From the NCBI GenBank assembly GCA_963797095.1, contig CAWCNY010000005.1:64001-128000 (forward strand): DNA of 64,000 nucleotides, written 5' to 3'. Below, piece by piece: positions 19,689 through 29,229 of this stretch (position 1 is its first letter; each line of letters opens with the position of its first letter). The translations under genes were made by a program, and so were the position numbers. This stretch comes from an uncultured Chloroflexia bacterium (lineage in GTDB: Bacteria > Chloroflexota > Chloroflexia > QHBQ01 > JADMIH01). Under the pieces are notes generated by a model that saw only the letters and a list, made by a program, of their open reading frames with translations, was not told where the DNA came from and ran no database searches.

Positions 19689-20675
19689 TCAGAGTAGCTC
19701 TTTTACGTCCTCGCGCTCGCCAATCAACTCGAACTGTGTTGTATCGAGCTTCTTGCTGGCGAATTGTGAAATGTGCGCACCTTCCACGATCTCCCAGTTG
19801 CCATCGCCATCGGAACGGCAGGGGAAGGAGAAGATCAGATTATCGGCGATGCCGTACTTGTTGCCCTCGGAGGCAACCGCCATGCTGTACCAATCGTCGC
19901 CTTCAGTCTTGTTCAGAAGGGCACGAACGTGATCGAGGACCGCATTGGCAGCGGAGGCGGCGCTCGATTTGCCTCTGGCCGCGATGATCGCGGCCCCTCG
20001 CTTCTGGATCATTTCGATGAAGGTATTTTCCAGCCAGTGGCGGTCGTTTATGACGTTTTGGGCAGGCTCGCCTCCGATGCGGGCATTCTCGAAGTCTGGG
20101 TACTGGGTGGAGCTATGGTTGCCCCATATGGTCATACGGGTGACGTCTGTCACGGGGTGCCCGGACTTGATGGCAAGCTGGGCCATGCTGCGGTTCTGAT
20201 CGAGGCGGGTGAGGGCTGTGAACCTCTCACGCGGCACGTCAGGCGCGTGGCTCATGGCGATCAGGCAGTTGGTGTTGCATGGGTTGCCGACCACCACCAC
20301 GCGGATGTCGGGAGCAGCGGTCTTATTGATGGCGCTCCCCTGGTCGCGGAAGCTGGTGGCGTTCATCATCAGGAGGTCCTTGCGCTCCATTCCTGGGCCT
20401 CGTGGCGTGGCACCCACAAGTAGGGCCAAGTTGGCGCCAGCGAAGGCATCTTCATCGCTGTCGGTGAGCGACACCTTCCCCAGGAGGGGGAAGGCGCAGT
20501 CGTCAAGCTCCATCTTGACGCCTTCGAGCGTGCCCACAAATTGTGGCACCTCCTTTATTATCAGATTGACCGGCTGGTCCATGCCGAACACTTCTCCATT
20601 GGCGAGCCTGAAGAGCAGGCTGTATGCGACCTGCCCGGCCCCGCCCGTCACCGCTACTGTAATTGGCGATTTCAT
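19689..20675 (-). CDS. mdh: Malate dehydrogenase (dimeric type)
   Basis: [49 protein letters not shown]. Confidence 0.96.
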   Translation of the reverse strand: MKSPITVAVTGGAGQVAYSLLFRLANGEVFGMDQPVNLIIKEVPQFVGTLEGVKMELDDCAFPLLGKVSLTDSDEDAFAGANLALLVGATPRGPGMERKDLLMMNATSFRDQGSAINKTAAPDIRVVVVGNPCNTNCLIAMSHAPDVPRERFTALTRLDQNRSMAQLAIKSGHPVTDVTRMTIWGNHSSTQYPDFENARIGGEPAQNVINDRHWLENTFIEMIQKRGAAIIAARGKSSAASAANAVLDHVRALLNKTEGDDWYSMAVASEGNKYGIADNLIFSFPCRSDGDGNWEIVEGAHISQFASKKLDTTQFELIGEREDVKELL

Positions 20676-20701
20676 CGTTGATAATCCTCCATCGTTGCTT
20701 T

Positions 20702-21217
20702 TTACCTGTGCTTAAGCTTTGACCTCAGCGGTTTTACGTTCGAGGGTATTATACTGATCGTGCCGTCAACTTCAAGCATAGCCTCCCCTATATCTGTGAT
20801 CGTGTCGAATCCATGCTCGCGTGCGGCCTTGAGAAGGTCATCCACATCGAGACCCTCGCGGCGCATGTTGGCTTCAAGGACGTGACCGTCGTGCACGAGC
20901 AGGCGTGGTTGGCCCATGAAGAAGCGCCTGAAGTTGGGATTGCGAAAGCCCACTTTGTTCAGGACCCAGTTGGTGAGAAGAAGCACGCTCACCGAGACAA
21001 TCGCACCTGTGAGGGATATGTCGCTCCCTATCATAGCGTTCTGCACCGCATTGCTAACGACCAGGATCACCACGAGGTCAAAAGGGGTCATCTGGCCTAG
21101 CTCACGCTTGCCGAAGATACGTAATGCACTGATCAGAACCAGATAGACGACGAACGTGCGAATGGCAATCCAGAGGAGAGCGACCGGATCTAGCGTGAGA
21201 AGGTCCTGGGGGATCAT
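20702..21217 (-). CDS. DUF421/YetF-like membrane protein
   Basis: [29 protein letters not shown]. Confidence 0.88.
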   Translation of the reverse strand: MIPQDLLTLDPVALLWIAIRTFVVYLVLISALRIFGKRELGQMTPFDLVVILVVSNAVQNAMIGSDISLTGAIVSVSVLLLTNWVLNKVGFRNPNFRRFFMGQPRLLVHDGHVLEANMRREGLDVDDLLKAAREHGFDTITDIGEAMLEVDGTISIIPSNVKPLRSKLKHR

Positions 21218-21298
21218 ATCTGCCTTAAGGCGTAATAGTTGGCGAAGTTTGTCGCGACAAAAAGTGCCGGAACTCCTCCTTCGCCTGGAGCGTTCTTC

Positions 21299-22417
21299 TC
21301 AGTCGTTGCCGCTTGTACCTTCGAGAGTGGCGGAAATCAAGTAATCGACCACCGTGTTCATGTCGCCTGTCTTGCGGAATACTGCTAGCTGCCTGTCGGC
21401 CCCGGTGCCGATCTTCAGTATCGTGTTGATATATTCTACCGCTTTGCGGCTGCCGAGTTCATCCAGCACGTCGTCCACGAATTCAAGTAGCTCGGAGGCA
21501 AGCTCGCGCATCGGCACTTCCTCGCGCTTGCCGAAGTCGATCAACAGGCCATCTATGCCGTAGCGCGCGGCCCGCCATTTGTTCTCCATGATCAGGGCTC
21601 GGTCGTACAGGCGGAAGCCCATGTTGGCCTTGCGAAGTTTGTAGAGCTTGGCGACGATGGCCTGGAACAAGCCGACAAGCATGATCGCGTCGTTGATGCT
21701 GGTCGGCATGTCGCAGACGCGGAACTCGAGGGTGCTGAAGTAGGGGTGCGGGCGCAAGTCCCACCAGATCTTCTTGCCGTTGTCGATGCAGTTGGTCTGG
21801 ACCAGCAGGTTTACGAAGCCCTCGAAGTCGGCCCAGGAGTTGAAGGTTGAGGGGATGCCTGTGCGCGGAAATTGCTGCCAGATGATCGTGCGGTATGATT
21901 TCAGGCCGGTCACGCGGCCCTGCCAGAATGGCGAGTTGGTGGATAGAGCAAGGAGGTGGGGAAGGAAGTAGCGGGCTTCGTTCATGATCTCGATGAGGAG
22001 GTCACGGTCGGGGATGCCTACGTGTACGTGCAGCCCGAAAATAAGGATCGAGCGCACAACATCTTGCAAGTCTTCTTCGAGCATTTTGTAGCGGTCGTGC
22101 TCGGTAATCAGCTGGCTTTGCCAGTGGGAGAAGGGGTGAGCGCCGGCACTGACGATGGCAAGCCCGCTTTGGCCGGCGAGCTGCCCAAGGCCGGAACGCA
22201 ACTTCATAACCTCGCGGCGCGCGTCTTCGACGGACTCGCAGATGGGCGAGACTGTTTCGACCATCGACTGGATCATCTCGCGCTTGATATTCTCGGTGAA
22301 GGCCGGGTCGCCGCTGGCAAGCATCTGCTCGACATGTGGCCTGAGGTCGCGGGTGGAGGGATCGACGATCTGGAACTCCTCTTCCACTCCTATTGTGAAC
22401 ATCTTTTGCATAGCCAT
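21299..22417 (-). CDS. Carboxylate-amine ligase (YbdK / glutamate-cysteine ligase 2 family)
   Basis: TIGVEEEFQIVD, FGLHVHVG, NSPFWQG, WWDLRP, TLEFRVCD, ENKWRAARYG. Confidence 0.93.
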   Translation of the reverse strand: MAMQKMFTIGVEEEFQIVDPSTRDLRPHVEQMLASGDPAFTENIKREMIQSMVETVSPICESVEDARREVMKLRSGLGQLAGQSGLAIVSAGAHPFSHWQSQLITEHDRYKMLEEDLQDVVRSILIFGLHVHVGIPDRDLLIEIMNEARYFLPHLLALSTNSPFWQGRVTGLKSYRTIIWQQFPRTGIPSTFNSWADFEGFVNLLVQTNCIDNGKKIWWDLRPHPYFSTLEFRVCDMPTSINDAIMLVGLFQAIVAKLYKLRKANMGFRLYDRALIMENKWRAARYGIDGLLIDFGKREEVPMRELASELLEFVDDVLDELGSRKAVEYINTILKIGTGADRQLAVFRKTGDMNTVVDYLISATLEGTSGND

Positions 22418-22525
22418 GCTCCTGGGGTGCGAAACGTGGGACTGAAGACGAAGGACGATGAGTGACGAGTGACGAGTGTGATTAAGAATTACGAACTGTC
22501 GTCCATCCCCCTTGGTGCTTCGTCA

Positions 22526-23944
22526 TCACGTTTCACGAGATACTACCATTGTTGGAACCACCGAGCCTGTGCCGGCGGTTACGTTCAGTAGGGCAACTGC
22601 TGATAGTCTGGTTAGGATGCCTTGAGTGTCTGACCCGAATACAAAGGGGTCGAGATCGGCGGTCAGGTCGCGGAAGCTTACACCGTGAAGTGGATCGTAG
22701 TAGGGGTATGGCTCCTGATCGAGTTGCACGGCCCATTGGACCACAAAAGGGCTTTCCTGGGCATCCTTCAAAGCCCTTGTCCATGCCGCGTCGTCCATTG
22801 TCCAGCCGATGCTGACGCCCTTACCGCCATATTCGTCGTTGGGCTTTAGGACCAGTCTGTCTTTGTTCTCTGCAATGAAAGGCAGCAGGTCGATTTGCCT
22901 GCCGTTGAAGGTGGTGTGCCCCTCGGCCACCCGGCGGGTCCAGGGGATATGATTCTGGATGACTTCCAGCTCATGCTTGCTGAAAAGGTGGGCGTTGGCG
23001 TCGTCGTGAAGGAGGCCCAGGCTGATCTTCTTGTGTAATAGCTTGGCACGGAACGAATTGATCACGCAGATTGCCCCGGCTTCATAGGCTTCAAGGGTGG
23101 GGAGCGCTATGTGTGGGTCGGCCAGCAATTCGCTTGTCAGCACGCGCTTGTAGTAGATGTCGATCGTGAAATCACCATCACGCAAGCGACCGCCGGTGAA
23201 CTCCAGCTTGCGTGGGTCGGTAATGAGAACGTTCAAGCCCTTCGACTCGAAATAGTCCTTGAAGAGCACGAACTCGCTGGCCGTCGGGACGTCTCCCCAA
23301 TCGACAATGGCGATATTCGGGCGTTCGTTGAAGTTGGAGGTTCCACGGTTGCTTCGGAATTCCCGCCACGTTTGCTCGATGGCGTCCATGAAGCGGTCTC
23401 TTGCGAACAGGCCACGCACACTATAGCCGCGCTGCCGGGTCCACTCCCGCATCACCGGAAGCTCAAGAAAAACTTCGGCCAGCACATCTTCGTAGGCGAT
23501 AGCGGCTGGCGACTCAGCGTTCATTTCAACGAACCGCCAGTCGCGCTCCGACCAGAAAGAATCGAGCCGGGCGCTGGTGGAAGGCTCTTCGAAACCGGGA
23601 TCGATGCGGCAAAGCCTGTACTCCTCGTCCGTGAGGTCGAGTTGGGCCATCAGGTTAAGGTCCTGCATGATGGCGCGGCGGAGCTTGACGAAGGCTGATG
23701 CCAGGGTGCTCACAACGTCTGTAATGACGGCGTGCTGGCCGGGTGTGACAAAGTGGGGGCGCAGATAGCGGCTAAACTGCTCACCCCGAAACACGAGGTT
23801 GCGCTCGTGGCTCAGCAGCGCCAGTTTCTCTTGCGAGTCGGACGCCAGCGCCGGGTTCGCCGCTACAAACTCGTGATAATCTTCAATCGCCGGGTGCGCG
23901 CTCTCCGCGTCGATCCCTGATTGCGGCTCTCTGTTCATAATCAC
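22526..23944 (-). CDS. Circularly permuted ATP-grasp ligase
   Basis: LRPHF, ARLDSF..FVEMNAESPA, YYKRV, LVLKPNDEYGGKGV, LNVTAGTG. Confidence 0.85.
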   Translation of the reverse strand: MIMNREPQSGIDAESAHPAIEDYHEFVAANPALASDSQEKLALLSHERNLVFRGEQFSRYLRPHFVTPGQHAVITDVVSTLASAFVKLRRAIMQDLNLMAQLDLTDEEYRLCRIDPGFEEPSTSARLDSFWSERDWRFVEMNAESPAAIAYEDVLAEVFLELPVMREWTRQRGYSVRGLFARDRFMDAIEQTWREFRSNRGTSNFNERPNIAIVDWGDVPTASEFVLFKDYFESKGLNVLITDPRKLEFTGGRLRDGDFTIDIYYKRVLTSELLADPHIALPTLEAYEAGAICVINSFRAKLLHKKISLGLLHDDANAHLFSKHELEVIQNHIPWTRRVAEGHTTFNGRQIDLLPFIAENKDRLVLKPNDEYGGKGVSIGWTMDDAAWTRALKDAQESPFVVQWAVQLDQEPYPYYDPLHGVSFRDLTADLDPFVFGSDTQGILTRLSAVALLNVTAGTGSVVPTMVVSRET

Positions 23945-24026
23945 GCTGCCTCTCTGTCAAACAATGAACCGTGCTTCCGGGGGAGCGTCCTTGCACCGGC
24001 CAGGTTACACATACGAAGTCAATTGA

Positions 24027-25082
24027 TTACTCGCTTTGCTTCTTCCTGCCTCTCGGTTTCTTTTCGGAGGCTGCTTCGGCCATAGCTGGGTGCGCGAACT
24101 CGTCCCAATTCTTTACCGGATTGCCGGCGGGGGGTGGGGTCGAATTGAGGAAGTAGTCCCAGCGCCAGTGGTGGCCGGGAGTATAGCCCTGAAGGGCACG
24201 CTCGATGCAGAGGTTTGCCATGTTTTCTACCACCCACTCGAAATAGGTGGGGGTGATCGAATGGTAGTCCATATCGGGAGCGGGGTTCAGCCAGTCAATG
24301 GCGTAGGGGATGTTGTCGCGGACGGCGAACTCGGCGGTGCACATGTCATAGCCCAGCGAACCCATAAGTGCCTGGCAGTCCTTCACCACTCTTGCATGCA
24401 GCTCTTTGCCGAAGAACTCCTCAGGGTCGTCGACGACATAGCGCATGTGGAATGGGTTGCCCGGCTCATAGCGGATCACCTTGATGTTGGTTTGACCGAG
24501 GCAGATACAGCGGGCGTATTTGTCGAATTGTATCCCTTCCTGGAGGATCATGCCCAATTCACCTGTCTGGTCGAAGGCCCAGATCAGTTCTTCGATGCTA
24601 TGGACTTTATAGACGTTCTTCCAGCCACCACCCCAGAACGGCTTAAGGAACGCAGGAAAGCCCACGTAGTCGGCAATCGAGCCCCAATCGAGCGGGTATT
24701 CGAGGTTGCGCAGCGAATCGGAGACTACGCCCTCCACGTACGATTTCTGTGGAAGCACGATGGTGCGGGGAACGGCTACGCCCTGCCTGGTGGCAAGGCA
24801 TGCCTCGAAGAATTTGTCATCGGCTGCCCACCAGAACGGGTTGTTTATCACAACCGCGCCATCCAGAACGGCCTTCTTGAGGTAGCCGCGATAGTAGGGT
24901 ATCTCATGAGAGATGCGGTCAACTATCACCGCATAGCGGCCCGGCTCGTCCATGCGAGTGCCGCCCAGCTTGCAGAACTCGGCGCGCACACCCATGTCCT
25001 TGGAGTTTATCCGATCTATGAAGGCGTGGGGAAAGGTGTTCTCCCGCCCCACCAGCAGCCCGACAATTTTCTCATCAGCCAT
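24027..25082 (-). CDS. RimK-like ATP-grasp protein
   Basis: VINNPFWWAADDKF, FLKPFWGGGWKNVYK, ILQEGI, AEFAV..AIDWLNPAPD. Confidence 0.85.
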   Translation of the reverse strand: MADEKIVGLLVGRENTFPHAFIDRINSKDMGVRAEFCKLGGTRMDEPGRYAVIVDRISHEIPYYRGYLKKAVLDGAVVINNPFWWAADDKFFEACLATRQGVAVPRTIVLPQKSYVEGVVSDSLRNLEYPLDWGSIADYVGFPAFLKPFWGGGWKNVYKVHSIEELIWAFDQTGELGMILQEGIQFDKYARCICLGQTNIKVIRYEPGNPFHMRYVVDDPEEFFGKELHARVVKDCQALMGSLGYDMCTAEFAVRDNIPYAIDWLNPAPDMDYHSITPTYFEWVVENMANLCIERALQGYTPGHHWRWDYFLNSTPPPAGNPVKNWDEFAHPAMAEAASEKKPRGRKKQSE

Positions 25083-25181
25083 AAGACTTCCCCCTCTGTT
25101 GGATAATTGTCATCGTGGTTGCAAAGGGATAAGCGATAATGGAGGGCTCAGGTTGCACAAAGCGAGCCTCCATTGCCTGCA

Positions 25182-25895
25182 CTAAAGATACTTCAATGCC
25201 ATCATTTTCCACCAGGGCCAATCGTGCCAAGCCCCGCCCCAGATGTCGAGGTTGTGAGGCACGGCCTTGGCCCACAGGTCGCGCGATAATTGCTCTGTGG
25301 AGGCGCGACAGATGTCTTCGGAGCCAACCGCCAGGATGATATCTTGCTGGCGCATGCGGGAGAGATACCAATCGTCATGGAGATTGGGCAGATAGTCGAT
25401 CGGTGAGTTGAAATAGACTTCACTATCCATGCCAGTGCTGGCGAGGAACTGTAGCGAGTAAGCGCCGCTCATCGCCAGGATGCGGTGCACCATGTCGGGG
25501 TGCTTGAAGGCGAAGTTAATCGCGTGATAGGCCCCGAAAGAGGCACCTGTGAGATTAAGCTCGGAGACCACGCGTGAATTACGCTCCTGAAAGAATGGAA
25601 ATACCTCCTGGATGAGGTATTGCTCGTACTGGTTGTGGCGTTGGGCGCGAGCAGCGGGTGGAATCTCGCGGTTGTACCAAGACTCCATATCCACGGAGTC
25701 GATGCAAATCATATGCAATTCGCCGGAGTCGAAGCGCTCCTGAAGAGTCCCGACGAGCGAGAAATCTTCATTCTGGTAGAAGCGCCCGAACGAGGTAGGA
25801 AAAATAACGACCGGGCGACCGCCACTGCCGAAGAGCAAAAGCTCCATGTCCCTACCCAGGGCAGGGCTATACCATTTATGGTATTCACGGTGCAT
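25182..25895 (-). CDS. Alpha/beta-hydrolase esterase
   Basis: GASFG nucleophile elbow, HDWPWW. ATG 25895 after AGGGAG. Confidence 0.88.
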   Translation of the reverse strand: MHREYHKWYSPALGRDMELLLFGSGGRPVVIFPTSFGRFYQNEDFSLVGTLQERFDSGELHMICIDSVDMESWYNREIPPAARAQRHNQYEQYLIQEVFPFFQERNSRVVSELNLTGASFGAYHAINFAFKHPDMVHRILAMSGAYSLQFLASTGMDSEVYFNSPIDYLPNLHDDWYLSRMRQQDIILAVGSEDICRASTEQLSRDLWAKAVPHNLDIWGGAWHDWPWWKMMALKYL

Positions 25896-25978
25896 GCGAA
25901 TGATACTCCCTGCTACGAGGCTTCGGATGATACGCGACGGGAAAGCCACTCATTGGCCTGACGGATGTAGTGCGGACA

Positions 25979-26007
25979 ATTGTAGCATTTTTGTTTTCGG
26001 CGCGCAA
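25979..26007 (-). promoter_or_regulatory. Sigma70 promoter of the esterase/ATP-grasp operon
   Basis: TTGCGC-17-TACAAT with TG extension. Confidence 0.55.
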
Positions 26008-26074
26008 GACGATTGGGCTGGATTCTCCTCCTTCCAATAATCCGCCGGATGTGGAAAACTCTTCGGACTGGTTG

Positions 26075-26103
26075 TTGATTTGCTCTACTGAGTGCCATAT
26101 ACT
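26075..26103 (+). promoter_or_regulatory. Sigma70 promoter preceding a structured non-coding segment
   Basis: TTGATT-17-TATACT. Confidence 0.55.
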
Positions 26104-26108
26104 GGGTG

Positions 26109-26183
26109 TGTCGCTGATGTGTTGAGCGTTGGCGATAACAGAAACCCGAAGAGACCGCAAGGTTTGTTCGGGTTCTCTGTTTA
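26109..26183 (+). ncRNA. Candidate ~75-nt two-hairpin sRNA or attenuator leader
   Basis: Hairpin TCGCTGATG/CGTTGGCGA, then long hairpin AACAGAAACCCGAA..ACC-GCAA-GGT..TTCGGGTTCTCTGTT followed by T. Directly downstream of a promoter. Confidence 0.4.
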
Positions 26184-26251
26184 AGTTGGCTTCCGGTGCG
26201 CACGCCGTACAGCTACACGCTCAGATGCGGTATAATGCGGTATAATTAGGT

Positions 26252-26923
26252 ATGCGCATACTTGTTGTTGACGACGATCCGCGAATCCGCGAGACGCTCA
26301 AGCGCCACCTTGCCTACGAGGGCTACCAGGTGTCTCTGGCAGCCGATAGCCGCGAGACATTCGCGCAGGTGGCGGATTCGAGGCCCGACCTGGTGGTGCT
26401 CGATTGGATGCTGCCCGGTATGGACGGCATCGAGATTTGCCGCCGCCTCCGGCAGGCCGACGATTTTCCCATTCTCATGCTCACGGCCAAAGGAACCCTG
26501 GAAGATAAGGTTGACGGGCTTGACAGCGGAGCCGATGACTTCCTGGTGAAGCCTTTCCAGCCTGAAGAGTTGCTTGCCCGCGTGCGTGCCCTATTGAGGC
26601 GGCGCGCTCCCGCTTCGCAATCGCCGGTGCTCCGGTTCGGTGTGCTCACGCTCGATACCGCCGCCCGGCAGGTGTGGGTTGGCGAAAAGCAGGTCGATCT
26701 ATCCAGCAAGGAATTCGACATGCTTGAGCTGCTGATGAGGCACCCTAACCAGGTGCTCACTCGCGATACTTTTTACGACCGCATCTGGGGCTACGACTTC
26801 AGCGGGGAGAGCAACATCCTGGAAGTGTATATTCGCTACCTGCGCGCAAAGCTGGACACAGCAAGCTCGCCACGCTACATACAGACCGTGCGTGGCGTGG
26901 GCTATGTGCTACGCGAGGCGTAA
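26252..26923 (+). CDS. OmpR-family response regulator (MprA-like)
   Basis: ILVVDDD, LDWMLPG, LTAK, KPF, wHTH NILEVYIRYLRAKL..IQTVRGVGY. Confidence 0.95.
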   Translation: MRILVVDDDPRIRETLKRHLAYEGYQVSLAADSRETFAQVADSRPDLVVLDWMLPGMDGIEICRRLRQADDFPILMLTAKGTLEDKVDGLDSGADDFLVKPFQPEELLARVRALLRRRAPASQSPVLRFGVLTLDTAARQVWVGEKQVDLSSKEFDMLELLMRHPNQVLTRDTFYDRIWGYDFSGESNILEVYIRYLRAKLDTASSPRYIQTVRGVGYVLREA

Positions 26924-26968
26924 AAGTTACCATTCGTAAAGGGCTATTTAGCCAATTAACCAAATGCC

Positions 26969-28438
26969 ATGTCACTTAGATTGAGCTTTACATTGTGGTC
27001 CACGCTCATATTGGCCGCTTTCCTGGCTGTATTTGGCGTGCTGGCGGTCTACTCGCTGAACTATTTCCTGATCAAGGGGATCGATGAGAATATCGACCGG
27101 CAGACAACGGCCACGCTAAGTTATATCATCTTCAAGCAGGACCTCAACCTCTCAACTCTGGGCGATGAGGACCGCATGGACAGCATCTTCTACACCATTC
27201 TGGACCCAAACGGCAATATTGCGCGGGCCGATCGCAACCTGCCGATCAATGACGCTTTCGTGTTGCGTGCTCTGGATGGTGAGACAGTGGTAGCTACCCA
27301 AAACTTGCCTGATGGCACGCCCATGAGGGTCATGCTCAAACCTATCACCTACAGTGGGACGGGTGAAATCGCAGGCGTTCTCGAAGCTGCTACTCCGCTG
27401 GTTTTCGTGAACCAGATATCAAGTGATGTCACGTTACTGCTGGTGATTAGCTCGGCTGCTCTGCTTGTGATTGGGGCAGTCGGCTCGTATATGCTGACTG
27501 GTCGCGCCTTCCGGGCGGTGGGCGCCCTCGACCGGAAAGTGCGCCAGATTCAGTTATCGCAGGACCTGTCACAGAGGGTGACCGAACCGAACAGCCAGGA
27601 CGAGCTTGGCAATCTTGCCCGGACATTCAACGGGATGCTTGCGCGCATGCAGTCGGCCTTCGAGACGCAGAGGCGCTTCGTGGCCGATTCCTCGCATGAG
27701 TTGCGCACGCCTCTGACGGTGATCAAGAGCAACCTGCATCTTCTCAGGCAGACTACCGATGCATCCGAACGCACGGAGCTTTTGAACGTGACCGAGGGTG
27801 AAGTGTCGCGGCTCAACCGCATGGTGGACGACCTTCTGTACATGGCACAGATGCAGGCAGGCCACGATCTCAAGCCTGTTTTCAGGCCCGTGGAGCTTGA
27901 CAGTCTGCTCCTTGATGCATATATGCGTGCTCGCCCGCTGGCGATGTTGAAGGACCAGCGATTCACCCTTGTGCATGAAGATATCGCTACCACGATGGGG
28001 GACCGAGACCAGTTGCAACATTTGCTGCTGAACCTGCTGGATAACGCCATCAAGTACACAGGCGAGGGCGGGATGGTCACGCTTGGCCTCTGGAACGATC
28101 GTGGTTGGGCGCGGATCGAGGTCACTGACAACGGGCGCGGAATCGCTGACGACGAGCTTCCGCATATCTTCGACCGCTTCTTCAGGACCTCAGATGCTCG
28201 CCAGAACCAGCGCAATGGCTCAGGACTCGGACTGGCTATCGTCAAATCGATTGCCGAATTGCACGGCGGCAAGATCGAGGTATTCAGCCGCCAGGGTGAG
28301 GGGACAGCCTTCCGTTTGTGGCTCAGCTTGATGGACGCTCCCCAGAACCCTCAACTGGAGGACGATGAGGATGTACTGGAATTCGAAGATGTGACCGACC
28401 TAGTAACAAGCGAACAAGTAGGAGGGTCTATTGCCTGA
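26969..28438 (+). CDS. HAMP-domain sensor histidine kinase
   Basis: 2 TMs, HAMP, SHELRTPL, NLLDNAIKY, DNGRGI, GSGLGLAI. Confidence 0.95.
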   Translation: MSLRLSFTLWSTLILAAFLAVFGVLAVYSLNYFLIKGIDENIDRQTTATLSYIIFKQDLNLSTLGDEDRMDSIFYTILDPNGNIARADRNLPINDAFVLRALDGETVVATQNLPDGTPMRVMLKPITYSGTGEIAGVLEAATPLVFVNQISSDVTLLLVISSAALLVIGAVGSYMLTGRAFRAVGALDRKVRQIQLSQDLSQRVTEPNSQDELGNLARTFNGMLARMQSAFETQRRFVADSSHELRTPLTVIKSNLHLLRQTTDASERTELLNVTEGEVSRLNRMVDDLLYMAQMQAGHDLKPVFRPVELDSLLLDAYMRARPLAMLKDQRFTLVHEDIATTMGDRDQLQHLLLNLLDNAIKYTGEGGMVTLGLWNDRGWARIEVTDNGRGIADDELPHIFDRFFRTSDARQNQRNGSGLGLAIVKSIAELHGGKIEVFSRQGEGTAFRLWLSLMDAPQNPQLEDDEDVLEFEDVTDLVTSEQVGGSIA

Positions 28439-29225
28439 TTTCGTAAACCTATTGCTCGATATTGACCCGGAGCGGCACGTAGCACTTTTGACCATCAACC
28501 GGGCAGACAAGTTGAATGCCCTGAATCGCGCTCTACTCGAAGAGCTTGATAGCGCGCTCGACTACATCGCTTCGCAAGCTGAGGTGCGGGCGTTGGTGAT
28601 CACGGGGGCGGGCACCAAGGCTTTTGTGGCAGGTGCTGATATTGGCGAGATTGCTGCGCTTGAAGGGATGGACGACGGCGGCGAGTTCTCGCGGTTCGGG
28701 CAGGAAATCTTCACCAGGATCGAGCGCATGACCATACCTGTGATCATGGCGATCAACGGGTACGCGCTTGGGGGCGGTTGCGAGCTGGCATTGTGTGGCG
28801 ATATCCGCATAGCTTCGGAGAACGCGCAGCTGGGGCAGCCTGAGATCAACCTGGGGGTAATACCGGGCTACGGAGGGACGCAAAGGTTGGCGCGTATTAT
28901 CGGGCGCGACCGGGCGAAGGGCCTTATCTTTACGGGAGAGCGGGTTGGTGCGGAGGATGCTCTGAGGTTGGGTCTGGTTGATCGCATTGTGCCACAGACC
29001 GAGCTGGTGATAGAGGCCACGAACCTGGCGGTTACGCTGGCAGGCAAAGCACCGCGCGCCTTGGCGCTTGCCAAGATGGCGATCAATGAGGGGGCATCGC
29101 TGCCGCTTCAGGAGGCGCTGGAGTTGGAAGCCAACCTGTTCGGACAGGCGGTAGCCACGCAGGACCGCAAGGAGGGCACGGCGGCCTTCCTGGAGAAGCG
29201 CCAGCCAAACTGGACCGGAAGTTGA
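28431..29225 (+). CDS. Enoyl-CoA hydratase (crotonase)
   Basis: AFVAGADI, GGGCEL, QPEINLGVIPGYGGTQRL. Confidence 0.92.
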   Translation: MPDFVNLLLDIDPERHVALLTINRADKLNALNRALLEELDSALDYIASQAEVRALVITGAGTKAFVAGADIGEIAALEGMDDGGEFSRFGQEIFTRIERMTIPVIMAINGYALGGGCELALCGDIRIASENAQLGQPEINLGVIPGYGGTQRLARIIGRDRAKGLIFTGERVGAEDALRLGLVDRIVPQTELVIEATNLAVTLAGKAPRALALAKMAINEGASLPLQEALELEANLFGQAVATQDRKEGTAAFLEKRQPNWTGS

Positions 29226-29229
29226 CCTC

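Noticed and set aside
16410-25106. Long antisense ORFs such as 16410-17543 and 24036-25106
   Set aside because: They lie opposite well-supported genes (pntB, ATP-grasp) and lack motifs.
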